From NCBI RefSeq assembly GCF_000189295.2, contig NC_016803.1, positions 3,826,581-3,858,580 of the forward strand: 32,000 nt of DNA. Direction: 5' to 3'. The notes under the pieces were generated by a model, which worked only from the letters and a program-made list of their open reading frames with translations, had not been told where the DNA came from and ran no database searches. The position numbers and the translations under genes were made by a program. Positions 8,247-16,076 of the stretch are shown here, piece after piece. The DNA is from Pseudodesulfovibrio mercurii. GTDB lineage: Bacteria > Desulfobacterota > Desulfovibrionia > Desulfovibrionales > Desulfovibrionaceae. The first letter of the stretch is position 1. Each line of letters opens with the position of its first letter.

Positions 8247-8897
8247 ATGAGCCGGACCCAGTGCGAGCCCCGCGAGGGACTCAGATTTTTCGGGCGCATC
8301 AGCGCCTCCGTGTCCCATGAGATCAAGAACGTGTTCGCCGTGATCAACGAGGCGGCCGGGCTGATCGAGGACTTCACGCTCATGGCCGAGCGCGGAATGC
8401 CCATCCAGCCGGAGCGGCTCAAGGGCGCGGCCAAGACCATCCAGGGCCAGATCCGGCGCGGCGACGGCATCGTCAGGAACATGAACGCCTTCGCCCATTC
8501 CACCGACGAGGACATCCGCGAGGTGAACCTGGTCGAGGCCCTGAAACTGGCGGCGGACCTGACCTCCCGGTTCGCCGACATGCGGCAGATCAAGCTGACC
8601 GTGGGCGAGAGCAAGCCCGTGTCCATGGTCGCGTGCCCCTTTGATCTGACGCGGCTGCTGCACTCCTCCATGGTGGCGGCCTTCGATTCCATGCGGCCGG
8701 GCGACACGCTGGTCATCACCGTGTCCCCCGCAGACGGCGGCGCATCGTTCTCCCTTTCCGTGCCCGGAAAGGATGCCCCGCTCAAGAATGACGAACCGTT
8801 CGCCGACCAGGCAAGGGCCCTGAACGCCCGGGTCGAGGTGGACGAAAAGACCGGGACGAGCCAGTTGCTGCTTGCGGCCGCGGGCGCACCCGCGTAG
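8247..8897 (+). CDS. Histidine-kinase-like protein with a DHp H-box but no recognisable ATP-binding boxes (candidate histidine phosphotransferase, ChpT/Spo0B-like)
   Basis: H-box ISASVSHEIKNVFAVINEAAG is paralogous to the upstream kinase. In the remaining roughly 130 aa I see no N-box Asn motif, no DxGxG and no GxGxG. AAGGAGAGGG RBS. Confidence 0.7.
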   Translation: MSRTQCEPREGLRFFGRISASVSHEIKNVFAVINEAAGLIEDFTLMAERGMPIQPERLKGAAKTIQGQIRRGDGIVRNMNAFAHSTDEDIREVNLVEALKLAADLTSRFADMRQIKLTVGESKPVSMVACPFDLTRLLHSSMVAAFDSMRPGDTLVITVSPADGGASFSLSVPGKDAPLKNDEPFADQARALNARVEVDEKTGTSQLLLAAAGAPA

Positions 8898-8929
8898 AAC
8901 AACATTCATACCTGATCGGAGAAGAGAAC

Positions 8930-9358
8930 ATGGCAGAAAAAGTACTGCTTATTGACGATGAAGTGGAATTCCTCGAGGCCCTGTCCGAACGGATGGAGAT
9001 CCGGGGCATGGATGTGACCACGGCCGAGAACGCCAACGCCGCGGTCAGCGCGATCAATTCGGGCGACTACGACGCCATCGTGCTGGACCTGCAGATGCCG
9101 GACATGAACGGCATCGACATGCTCAAGGTCATCCGCAAGACCAATCCGGACATGCAGGTCATCCTGCTGACCGGCCAGGCCACCCTGGAGGCCGGCATCC
9201 AGGCCATGAAGCTCGGGGCCATGGACTTCATGGAGAAGCCCGCGGACATCGACGCGCTGACCGACAAGATCAAGAAGGCCCAGGCCAAGAAGATGGTCAT
9301 CGTGGAGAAGAAGACCGAGAAGAAGGTCAACGAAATCCTCAAGTCCAAGGGGTGGTAG
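8930..9358 (+). CDS. Single-domain response regulator with a Lys-rich C-terminal tail
   Basis: LLIDDEVEF, VLDLQMPDMNG, LLTGQA and FMEKP motifs, with the tail KKAQAKKMVIVEKKTEKKVNEILKSKGW. Confidence 0.9.
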   Translation: MAEKVLLIDDEVEFLEALSERMEIRGMDVTTAENANAAVSAINSGDYDAIVLDLQMPDMNGIDMLKVIRKTNPDMQVILLTGQATLEAGIQAMKLGAMDFMEKPADIDALTDKIKKAQAKKMVIVEKKTEKKVNEILKSKGW

Positions 9359-9377
9359 ACCCCGCTGTCGACAACGG

Positions 9378-9413
9378 AAAAAAGGCTGCCGGGACGATCC
9401 CGGCAGCCTTTTT
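9378..9413. terminator. Bidirectional rho-independent terminator between convergent genes
   Basis: GGCTGCCGGG-ACGAT-CCCGGCAGCC, a perfect 10-bp stem flanked by an A6 run on the left and a T5 run on the right. Confidence 0.8.
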
Positions 9414-9431
9414 GTCTTTCGTGGGGGGCGC

Positions 9432-9929
9432 TCAGTCCGCCAGGATCAGGGTCATGGCGTGCCAGGGCACGCCGCCGTGGGTGGACCGGGACAGGCCGTC
9501 GTCGGTGAAGCCGAAACGGGTGTAGAAGGAGGTCAGCGGCTCCTTGCACAACAGCTTGATCGCGGACTTGCCCATGTCCCGGGCATGCTCGATGAAGTTC
9601 GCAAGCAGCTTGCCCGCGATGCCGCGCTTCTGGAAATCGGGGTGCACGGACAGGGAGAAGATGACGATGTTGCGGCCGTCCGGGTCGTGGCCGATGAGCT
9701 GCTTGAACTCCTCGTCCGTGATGTCGTCCTTGTCGGTGGAGCCCGCGTTCACCTGGCCGACCACCCGGCCTTCCAGCTCGGCCACCAGAAATCCCTCGGG
9801 ATAGATTTCGATGCGGTTGCGCAGGCTGCTCGCCCAGGCGGCCTCGGCGGGCGGAAAGCAGTTGGCCTCGATGGTGTGGCAGGCGGGCAGGTCGTCCATG
9901 TCCGCGTGGCGTATGGTCAGGGCTTTCAT
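9432..9929 (-). CDS. GNAT family N-acetyltransferase
   Basis: Acetyl-CoA binding motif region LSVHPDFQKRGIAGKLLANFIEHAR and a GNAT-sized protein of 165 aa. Its start lies 2 nt after the upstream ABC-F stop. Confidence 0.8.
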   Translation of the reverse strand: MKALTIRHADMDDLPACHTIEANCFPPAEAAWASSLRNRIEIYPEGFLVAELEGRVVGQVNAGSTDKDDITDEEFKQLIGHDPDGRNIVIFSLSVHPDFQKRGIAGKLLANFIEHARDMGKSAIKLLCKEPLTSFYTRFGFTDDGLSRSTHGGVPWHAMTLILAD

Positions 9930-9931
9930 GA

Positions 9932-11860
9932 TCAGTCCAGCTCCACGCCCTCCAGGGCGGTTTCGAGTTCTTCCCAGGTCTCATAGGCGATTTCAAGGTC
10001 GGACTCAAGGGCTTCCATGCGCTTCTGGTCGTCGGCCATAACCTCGCCGGAATACTTGTAATAATCCGCTGCGGACATGCGCTCCTGTAGGGCCGTGAGC
10101 GCTCTCTCCAGCGTTTCTATGCGGGCGGGCATGGCCTTCAGCTCCTCCCGCTTCCTCTCGAGTTCGAACTTTTCCTTGTAGCTCAGCTTCCGCCTGGCGG
10201 GCTCGGGCCGTTCCGGTTCGGATTTGGGCCTGCACGATCTGGCCTGGGAGGGGGCGGCCGACGGGCGCTGCCGGAGCCAGTCGTCGTAGCCGCCCACGTA
10301 CTCGGCCACCCGGCCGTTGCCCTCGAAGGCGATGGACGAGGTGACCACGTTGTTCAGGAAGTCGCGGTCGTGGGAGACCAGGAGCAGGGTGCCGGAGTAG
10401 TCCATGAGCAGCTCCTCCAGCAGGTCCAGGGTCTCGGCGTCCAGGTCGTTGGTCGGTTCGTCCATGACCAGGACGTTGAACGAGCGGGTGAACAGCCGGG
10501 CCAGGAGCAGCCGGTTGCGCTCCCCGCCGGACAGCACGCCCACCGGGACCTTGGCCCGGTCCGGGGTGAACAGGAAATTCTTCAGGTGGGTCATGACGTG
10601 GACGCGGTGGCCGTTGAGGTCAACGAAGTCGTTGCCCTCGGCCACGTTGTACCGGGCGGAGCGGGTCTCGTCGAGCTGCTCGCGGAGCTGGTCGAAGTAG
10701 CTGACCTGGAGGTTGACCCCGTGGCGCACGCTGCCCGACTGCGGGGCGAGCTCGCCGAGCAGGATCTTGAGCAGAGTGGTCTTGCCCGCGCCGTTGGGCC
10801 CGATGAGTCCGACCTTGTCCCCGCGCATGACCGTGGCGGAGAAATCGTTTATGAGCGGCGTGTCGCTGTAGCCGAAGCAGAGGTGGCTGGCCTCGATGAC
10901 CAGCTTGCCCGTGCGCTCGGCCTCCTGGATGACCATCTTGACCGAACCCACGCGTTCGCGCCGCGCGCCGCGCTCCTGGCGCAGCTTCATGAGGTCGCGC
11001 ACGCGGCCCATGTTCCGGGTGCGCCGGGCCTTGATGCCCTGCCGGATCCAGGCCTCCTCCTCGGCCAGCTTGCGGTCGAAGTTGTGGTTCTGCCTGGCCT
11101 CGGCGGACAGGGCGTCGTCCTTGCGCGCGAGGTAGGTCTCGTAGTCGCACTCCCAGCTGGTCAGCCGTCCCCGGTCCAGCTCCACGATGCGCGTGGCCAG
11201 CCGGCGCAGGAAGGCGCGGTCGTGGGTGACGAAGAGCAGGGCCGCGTTCTGGCGCAACAGGAAATCCTCGAGCCAGGAGATGGAGTCGATGTCCAGGTGG
11301 TTGGTGGGCTCGTCCAGGATGAGCAGGTCCGGGCCGGAGACCAGGGCGCGGGCCAGGAGCACGCGGCGTTTGGTCCCGCCGGACAGGGAGCCGAAGCGGT
11401 CGTCGCCGTCGAGCTTGAGGTGCGAGAGCACGGCCTCGATGGTCTGGTGGTGCGGCCAGCCTCCGGCGTCCTCCAGGGCGTGCTGGGCGCGCTCCAGCCG
11501 GTCCACCAGGTCCTGACCCGGCTCGGGAGAATCGGCCAGGGCGCGGGAGGCGTCGTGGTAGGCGGCCAGGTGCGCGCCGACCTCGCCCAGCCCCTGGGCC
11601 GCGATGTCGTAGACCGTGCCCGCCAGCTCCTGGGGCACCTCCTGGGGGAGCATGGCCACGCGGCAGCCGCGCTGGTAGTCCACGCTGCCGGAGTCGGGAG
11701 CGGTCCTGCCCTCGATGACCGACAACAGGGTGGACTTGCCCTCGCCGTTGCGGCCGAGCAGGCAGACGCGTTCGCCCGGCTCGATCTGCATGGACACCTT
11801 GTCCAGCAGCACCGTGCCGGTGAAATTGATGGAAATGTCTCGTAAACTGACCAGGGCCAT
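9932..11860 (-). CDS. uup: ABC-F family ATPase (Uup-like) with two ABC domains and a C-terminal coiled coil
   Basis: Walker [10 protein letters not shown] and GPNGAGKTT, signatures LSGGTKRR and LSGGERNR, and a C-terminal charged coiled-coil segment. I prefer the ATG at 11860 (MALVSLRD...) over the listed TTG at 11872. Confidence 0.8.
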   Translation of the reverse strand: MALVSLRDISINFTGTVLLDKVSMQIEPGERVCLLGRNGEGKSTLLSVIEGRTAPDSGSVDYQRGCRVAMLPQEVPQELAGTVYDIAAQGLGEVGAHLAAYHDASRALADSPEPGQDLVDRLERAQHALEDAGGWPHHQTIEAVLSHLKLDGDDRFGSLSGGTKRRVLLARALVSGPDLLILDEPTNHLDIDSISWLEDFLLRQNAALLFVTHDRAFLRRLATRIVELDRGRLTSWECDYETYLARKDDALSAEARQNHNFDRKLAEEEAWIRQGIKARRTRNMGRVRDLMKLRQERGARRERVGSVKMVIQEAERTGKLVIEASHLCFGYSDTPLINDFSATVMRGDKVGLIGPNGAGKTTLLKILLGELAPQSGSVRHGVNLQVSYFDQLREQLDETRSARYNVAEGNDFVDLNGHRVHVMTHLKNFLFTPDRAKVPVGVLSGGERNRLLLARLFTRSFNVLVMDEPTNDLDAETLDLLEELLMDYSGTLLLVSHDRDFLNNVVTSSIAFEGNGRVAEYVGGYDDWLRQRPSAAPSQARSCRPKSEPERPEPARRKLSYKEKFELERKREELKAMPARIETLERALTALQERMSAADYYKYSGEVMADDQKRMEALESDLEIAYETWEELETALEGVELD

Positions 11861-11870
11861 ACTGTCGCTC

Positions 11871-11897
11871 AAAGAAAAGGGGCTGCCGGACAGCCCC
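11871..11897 (-). terminator. Rho-independent terminator downstream of rpe
   Basis: On the minus strand: GGGGCTG-TCCGG-CAGCCCC followed by TTTTCTTT. Confidence 0.7.
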
Positions 11898-11917
11898 GTT
11901 GCAATCGTTGCCTGCGC

Positions 11918-12568
11918 CTATTTGCAGGCGTCCTGAAACGCCTTGTGCCGCTCGCCGTAGGGCGGATGCTTGAAGAAGGCCGAGCCGGACACGAGCACGT
12001 CCACGCCCGCCTCGGTCAGTTCGCGCGCGTTGTCCAGGGTCACGCCGCCGTCGATCTGGATCAGGGTGTCGGCCCCGGCCCGGTCGATCATGGCCTTGAG
12101 GTCGCGGACCTTGTCCAGGCAGAAGGGGATGAACTTCTGGCCGCCGAAGCCGGGGTTCACGGACATGATCAGGACCATGTACAGCTGCGGCAGGAGATAG
12201 CGGATGGCCTCGGGCGGGGTGTGCGGATTGAGCGCCACGGCGGGCTTGGCCCCGGCCTCGACGATCTGGGCGCAGACCCGCTCCAGGTGGGTGCACGCCT
12301 CGGCGTGGACGCAGATCAGGTCGGCCCCGGCGTCGGCGAAGTCGCCGATGTACCGGCCGGGATCGTTGATCATCAGGTGGCAGTCGAAGAAGAGCTTCGA
12401 CTTGGCGCGCATGGCCTTGATGATCGGCGGGCCGAAGGTGATGTTGGGCACGAACATGCCGTCCATGACGTCCAGGTGGACCCAGGACAGGCCCGCGGCT
12501 TCCAGGGCCTTGAGCTCGGTTTCCATGTTGGCGAAGTCCGAGGAAAGCATGGAGGGGGAAAGAATCAT
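11918..12568 (-). CDS. rpe: Ribulose-phosphate 3-epimerase
   Basis: ILSPSMLSSDF...HLDVMDGMFVPNITFGPP and GFGGQKFI motifs. Full-length at 216 aa. Confidence 0.93.
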   Translation of the reverse strand: MILSPSMLSSDFANMETELKALEAAGLSWVHLDVMDGMFVPNITFGPPIIKAMRAKSKLFFDCHLMINDPGRYIGDFADAGADLICVHAEACTHLERVCAQIVEAGAKPAVALNPHTPPEAIRYLLPQLYMVLIMSVNPGFGGQKFIPFCLDKVRDLKAMIDRAGADTLIQIDGGVTLDNARELTEAGVDVLVSGSAFFKHPPYGERHKAFQDACK

Positions 12569-12648
12569 TCGCGTCGCTCCGCTTGGTGTTTTTGCTGGGA
12601 AAGATGTACCCGCTCGCGGTCAGGACCGCAAGGGATTCCGGCGGCTGG

Positions 12649-12975
12649 TCAGGGCTGGTCGGTGATCAGCCGCTCGGACGCGTAGCCGAGCAGCCCGCCG
12701 AGGACCAGGTTGATGCCCACCACCTGGAGCACGCCCAGGGGAGCGTCGGGGTGGAGCAGGATGCCCAGGGGCAGGGCGGTCAGCACGGCGATGAGCATGC
12801 CCGTGGCCCAGCTCTCCAGCGGCATGCGGGCGAAGGCGATGATGATGCTCAACCCCAGCCAGTGGAGCAGGATCGCGGCCACGGCCTGCAACGGGACGTC
12901 CAGGAAGACCATGGGGATGGCGTTCAGGATGCCCGCGGCCAGCCCGAGCAGCAGAATCTTGTACATCTTGTGCAT
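12649..12975 (-). CDS. Small hydrophobic membrane protein (about 108 aa), function unknown
   Basis: MHKMYKILLLGLAAGILNAIPMVFLDVPLQAVAAILLHWLGLSIIIAF... with about four hydrophobic segments. ATG at 12975 preceded by GGGAGA, 13 nt after the upstream stop. The listed 164-aa ORF has an implausible Ser/Arg-rich N-terminal extension. Confidence 0.6.
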   Translation of the reverse strand: MHKMYKILLLGLAAGILNAIPMVFLDVPLQAVAAILLHWLGLSIIIAFARMPLESWATGMLIAVLTALPLGILLHPDAPLGVLQVVGINLVLGGLLGYASERLITDQP

Positions 12976-12988
12976 GGGCCCGGTCTCC

Positions 12989-13438
12989 CTACTTGTCCAT
13001 CTTGAAATCGACCTTGATCTTGAACAGCTTGTACGCCGGGAGGTTGAGCACCTTGATGCCCGTGGCCTCGGTGATGGAGGCCAGGATTTCCTCCACCGCG
13101 TCCATGTCCGGGGCGATGAGCGCGAACCAGACGTTGAAATCATTCTCGCGCAGGTAGTTGTGCGTCACGCCGTCGTGCCGGTTGACCTCGGCCACGAACG
13201 CGTCCAGACGGTCCTCGGGCACCGAGGCCGCGCACAGGGTGGACTGCCAGCCCAGGGTGTTGGAGTTGAAGTTCGCCCCCATGCGCCGGATCAGCCCGGA
13301 CGCCTTCATGGCCCGAACGCGATCGAGCACCTCGGCCTCGGTCAAACCCACCCGCTCGCCGACCTCCGCATACGGACGGGACGCCAACGGGAAATGGGAC
13401 TGGATGATGTCGAGTATCTGCTTGTCGTAATTGTCCAT
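12989..13438 (-). CDS. Siroheme decarboxylase subunit (AhbA/AhbB, NirD/L/G/H family; AsnC-like fold)
   Basis: MDNYDKQILDIIQSHFPLASRPYAEVGERVGLTEAEVLDRVRAMKASGLIRR is an AsnC-type HTH, followed by ...HDGVTHNYLRENDFNVWF, typical of NirD-like proteins. Clustered with hemB and two NirJ-like radical SAM genes. Confidence 0.8.
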   Translation of the reverse strand: MDNYDKQILDIIQSHFPLASRPYAEVGERVGLTEAEVLDRVRAMKASGLIRRMGANFNSNTLGWQSTLCAASVPEDRLDAFVAEVNRHDGVTHNYLRENDFNVWFALIAPDMDAVEEILASITEATGIKVLNLPAYKLFKIKVDFKMDK

Positions 13439-13446
13439 GAAGCATG

Positions 13447-13537
13447 CCTCCGGCGGCCAGGGGGGAAACCCTTTGAAAAGGGTTGTCCCCCCTGGACCCC
13501 CCTTCCTAAACTTTTTTTATCGCGCCTTCGGCGGGTG
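13447..13537 (+). repeat. Copy B (shorter variant) of the palindromic intergenic repeat
   Basis: CCTCCGGCGGCC terminus, hairpin GGGGGGAAACCCTTTGAAAAGGGTTGTCCCCCC, box CCTAAACTTTTT and tail GCGCCTTCGGCGGGTG. Same order of parts as copy A. Confidence 0.8.
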
Positions 13538-13610
13538 CGTCGGCGCGCGATACATTTTCCTTCAATTACCGTCCCCCGGTCAAGCGGCACATCCTCCCGT
13601 CATCCCCCTA

Positions 13611-13727
13611 CCTCCGCGAAGCGGCGTAAAAAGTTTAGGAGGGGAGAGGGGATGGGGGTCCGGGGGAAGGGGAGAGGGAAACCCTTTTCAAAGGGTTCCC
13701 CTCTCCCCTTCCCCCGGCCGCCGGAGG
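13611..13727 (-). repeat. Copy C (full-length) of the palindromic intergenic repeat, inverted relative to copies A and B
   Basis: The reverse complement reads CCTCCGGCGGCCGGGGGAAGGGGAGAGGGGAACCCTTTGAAAAGGGTTTCCC...CCTAAACTTTTTACGCCGCTTCGCGGAGG. The plus strand carries six G-runs (13641-13678). Confidence 0.8.
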
Positions 13728-13729
13728 CG

Positions 13730-14929
13730 TCACGCCTTCGGCTTTTTCTTCGGGGTGTAGGAGCACAAAGGCTCCTCTTTCAAATAGTGGCCGTTCATGG
13801 TCTGGGCGCGGGCGCGGCAGCCGCCGCAGACCTTTTCGTATTCGCAGTAGCCGCACTTGCCGTCGTAGACCTCGGGGTTGCGCAGGTTGAGGAACTGCGG
13901 GGATTTTTTCCAGATATCCGGGAAGGGAATCTCGCGCACGTTGCCGCAGTTGAGGTCCAGGTAGCCGCACGGCTGGACCTGGCCCCGGTGGGAGATGAAG
14001 CAGAAGCCGATGCCGCCGAGGCAGCCGCGCGAAACCGCGTCCAGGCCGAAGTTCTCGAAGTTGACCGGGACGCCCTCCTCCTTGGCCCGCTGGCGCAGGA
14101 TGCGGTGGTAGTGGGGCGCGCAGGTGGCCTTGAGCTGCATGCTGGTGGTCTTGCGGAAGTCGTAGAACCAGTTGAGCACGTCCTCGTACTCCTCGGCGGA
14201 GATGATCTCGGTGCCCAGCTCCACGGCCCGGCCCGTGGGCACGAGCAGGAAGATGTGCCAGGCGGACGCGCCGATATCCTCGCAGAGGTGGAAGATGTCC
14301 TTGAACAGGTGGAGGTTGTTCTTGGTCACCGTGGTGTTGATCTGGAACTCGATGCCCACGTCCTTGAGGTACTGGATGCCGCGCATGGAGGCGGCGAAGG
14401 CCCCGACCTCGCCCCGGAACTCATCGTGCTGGGCGGCCTCGGGGGCGTCGATGGAGATGGAGCAGCGCTCGACCCCGGCGTCCTTCATCTTTTGGGCGGT
14501 CTCCGGGGTGATCAGCGTGCCGTTGGGGGCCATGACGCAGCGCATGCCCTTGTCCTTGGCGTAGGCGATCAGCTCGTAGACGTCGTGCCGCATCATGGGC
14601 TCGCCGCCGGTGAAGATGATGATCGGGGAGCCCACGTCCGGGAAGGTGTCGATGAGGGCCTTGGCCTCGGCCGTGGACAGCTCGCCCTCGTAGGGCTCGG
14701 GGTGCGCCTCGGCCCGGCAGTGCTTGCAGGCCAGGTTGCAGGATCGGGTCACTTCCCAGGCGATGAGGCGGCAGATGGGCGTGACGCCGTCGTCCAGGTA
14801 CTTCTTGGGCGCGTGTTCGGCGCCGGGGTGCGTGTTGCCGTGGGGGTGGCCGCCGGGGTGCCCGCCGGGATGGCCCTCGGGCGGACAGCCGGTCATGGGG
14901 TGGCCGGGATGATTCTGGTGTTCGCTCAT
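13730..14929 (-). CDS. ahbD: Radical SAM/SPASM enzyme of the alternative heme pathway (NirJ-like). Tentatively AhbD, the AdoMet-dependent heme synthase.
   Basis: CNLACKHC radical SAM cluster motif, a GGEP motif (IIFTGGEPMM) and a C-terminal Cys-rich SPASM-type motif CGYCEYEKVCGGC. The AhbD versus AhbC assignment rests only on my recollection of the D. vulgaris order nirD-like, ahbD, hemB, ahbC. Unusual His/Gly/Pro-rich N-terminus. Confidence 0.6.
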   Translation of the reverse strand: MSEHQNHPGHPMTGCPPEGHPGGHPGGHPHGNTHPGAEHAPKKYLDDGVTPICRLIAWEVTRSCNLACKHCRAEAHPEPYEGELSTAEAKALIDTFPDVGSPIIIFTGGEPMMRHDVYELIAYAKDKGMRCVMAPNGTLITPETAQKMKDAGVERCSISIDAPEAAQHDEFRGEVGAFAASMRGIQYLKDVGIEFQINTTVTKNNLHLFKDIFHLCEDIGASAWHIFLLVPTGRAVELGTEIISAEEYEDVLNWFYDFRKTTSMQLKATCAPHYHRILRQRAKEEGVPVNFENFGLDAVSRGCLGGIGFCFISHRGQVQPCGYLDLNCGNVREIPFPDIWKKSPQFLNLRNPEVYDGKCGYCEYEKVCGGCRARAQTMNGHYLKEEPLCSYTPKKKPKA

Positions 14930-14930
14930 A

Positions 14931-15911
14931 TTATTTCAGTACCTTGAGAACGTCTTCGGTGAAGTAGGAGAGGATCAGGTCCGCCCCGGCCCGCTTGAAG
15001 CCGACCAGGGATTCCATGACCACGGCCTGTTCGTCGATCCAGCCGTTCAGGGCGGCGGCCTTGATCATGGCGTATTCGCCGCTGACCTGGTAGGCGGCCA
15101 CCGGGGTGTCGAAGTTGTCGCGGACCAGCCGGACGATGTCCAGGTAGGGCTGGCCGGGCTTGACCATGAGGATGTCCGCGCCTTCCTCCAGGTCGGCGGC
15201 GGCTTCGCGCATGGCCTCGCGGGCGTTGGGCGGGTCCATCTGGTAGGTCTTGCGGTCGCCGAACTTGGGCGCGCCCTCGGCGGCCTGGCGGAACGGGCCG
15301 TAGAAGGCCGAGGCGTACTTGACCGCGTAGGACATGATCGGGACGTCGGTGAAGCCCTCATCGTCCAGGGCCTGGCGGATGGCGGCCACGCGGCCGTCCA
15401 TCATGTCGGACGGGGCGATGACGTCGGCCCCGGCCCGGGCCTGGGACACGGCGGTCCGGGCCAGCAGGTTCAGGGTCGGGTCGTTCAGGACGCACTGGTT
15501 CTGGACCATGCCGCAATGGCCGTGGGAGGTGTACTCGCACAGGCAGGTATCGGCCATGACGATCAGCTCGGGCCAGCGCGCCTTGAGCCGCCGGGTGGCC
15601 TTCTGGATGATGCCGTCGTCGTCGTAGGCCCCGGAGCCCAGCTCGTCCTTGGAGGCCGGGATGCCGAAGAGCATCAGCGCCTTGAGCCCGTTGTCCACGG
15701 CCTCGGCCACTTTGAGTTCCAGCTGCTTGAGGGAGAGCTGGTACTGGCCGGGCATGGACGGGATTTCCTTCTTGAAATTCTCGTCCTCGGTGTCGATGAC
15801 GAAGTAGAGCATGATCAGGTCGTTGGCCGTGACGGCATGCTCCCGCACCAGTTCACGCATGGCGGCCGAGGTGCGCAGCCTGCGTCCGCGATAGAAATCC
15901 ATGGGTATCAT
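14931..15911 (-). CDS. hemB: Porphobilinogen synthase (delta-aminolevulinate dehydratase), Zn-type
   Basis: Cys-rich zinc site [14 protein letters not shown], plus [23 protein letters not shown] and MVKPG active-site regions. I prefer the ATG at 15911 ([13 protein letters not shown]); the listed upstream extension is Arg-rich and non-homologous. Confidence 0.93.
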   Translation of the reverse strand: MIPMDFYRGRRLRTSAAMRELVREHAVTANDLIMLYFVIDTEDENFKKEIPSMPGQYQLSLKQLELKVAEAVDNGLKALMLFGIPASKDELGSGAYDDDGIIQKATRRLKARWPELIVMADTCLCEYTSHGHCGMVQNQCVLNDPTLNLLARTAVSQARAGADVIAPSDMMDGRVAAIRQALDDEGFTDVPIMSYAVKYASAFYGPFRQAAEGAPKFGDRKTYQMDPPNAREAMREAAADLEEGADILMVKPGQPYLDIVRLVRDNFDTPVAAYQVSGEYAMIKAAALNGWIDEQAVVMESLVGFKRAGADLILSYFTEDVLKVLK

Positions 15912-16023
15912 GTGTCCGCTCCAGGAAAGAGATTCAGTTTGCCTTGTCTTATACCGGTCCGCCCGCCGCCGCAAGGAGGCGGGGCGACGCGCGCCCGTCA
16001 ACGGCGGAGTAGGGGGACGGCGG

Positions 16024-16061
16024 GGAAAAAGGCCGGGGGAACCTTCGGAGTTCCCCCGGCC
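16024..16061 (-). terminator. Strong rho-independent terminator between the upstream radical SAM gene and hemB
   Basis: On the minus strand: GGCCGGGGGAAC-TCCGAAG-GTTCCCCCGGCC followed by TTTTTCC, about 15 nt after the stop at 16077. Confidence 0.75.
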
Positions 16062-16076
16062 TCGGGATGGACGTGC

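Noticed and set aside
13447-13727. Possibility that the repeated units are a CRISPR array
   Set aside because: There are only two local copies, in inverted rather than direct orientation. The copies differ in length, there is no regular repeat-spacer periodicity, and there are no cas genes.
13431-13970. Small ORFs (13431-13760 on +, 13635-13970 on -, also 1785-2078 on +) that translate the repeat elements
   Set aside because: Their 'proteins' (GKGEPFSKGFPP..., GGRGEGNPLKRVSLSPSPG...) are just the palindromic repeat read in different frames. The same DNA occurs in both orientations and only between genes.
12710-14947. 745-aa plus-strand ORF crossing the membrane protein, ahbA/B, repeat and radical SAM regions
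   Set aside because: It runs antisense through three well-supported genes and straight through the non-coding repeat elements. The translation is low-complexity.
15912-16001. Long N-terminal extensions of listed ORFs: hemB to 16001, the OmpA lipoprotein to 19004, the membrane protein to 29752, the GT2 fusion to 22094 and the small membrane protein to 13143
   Set aside because: The extensions are Arg/Pro/Ser-rich, overlap upstream genes or terminators, and precede internal ATGs with good RBS and native-looking N-termini (signal peptide, lipobox, conserved family N-terminus).
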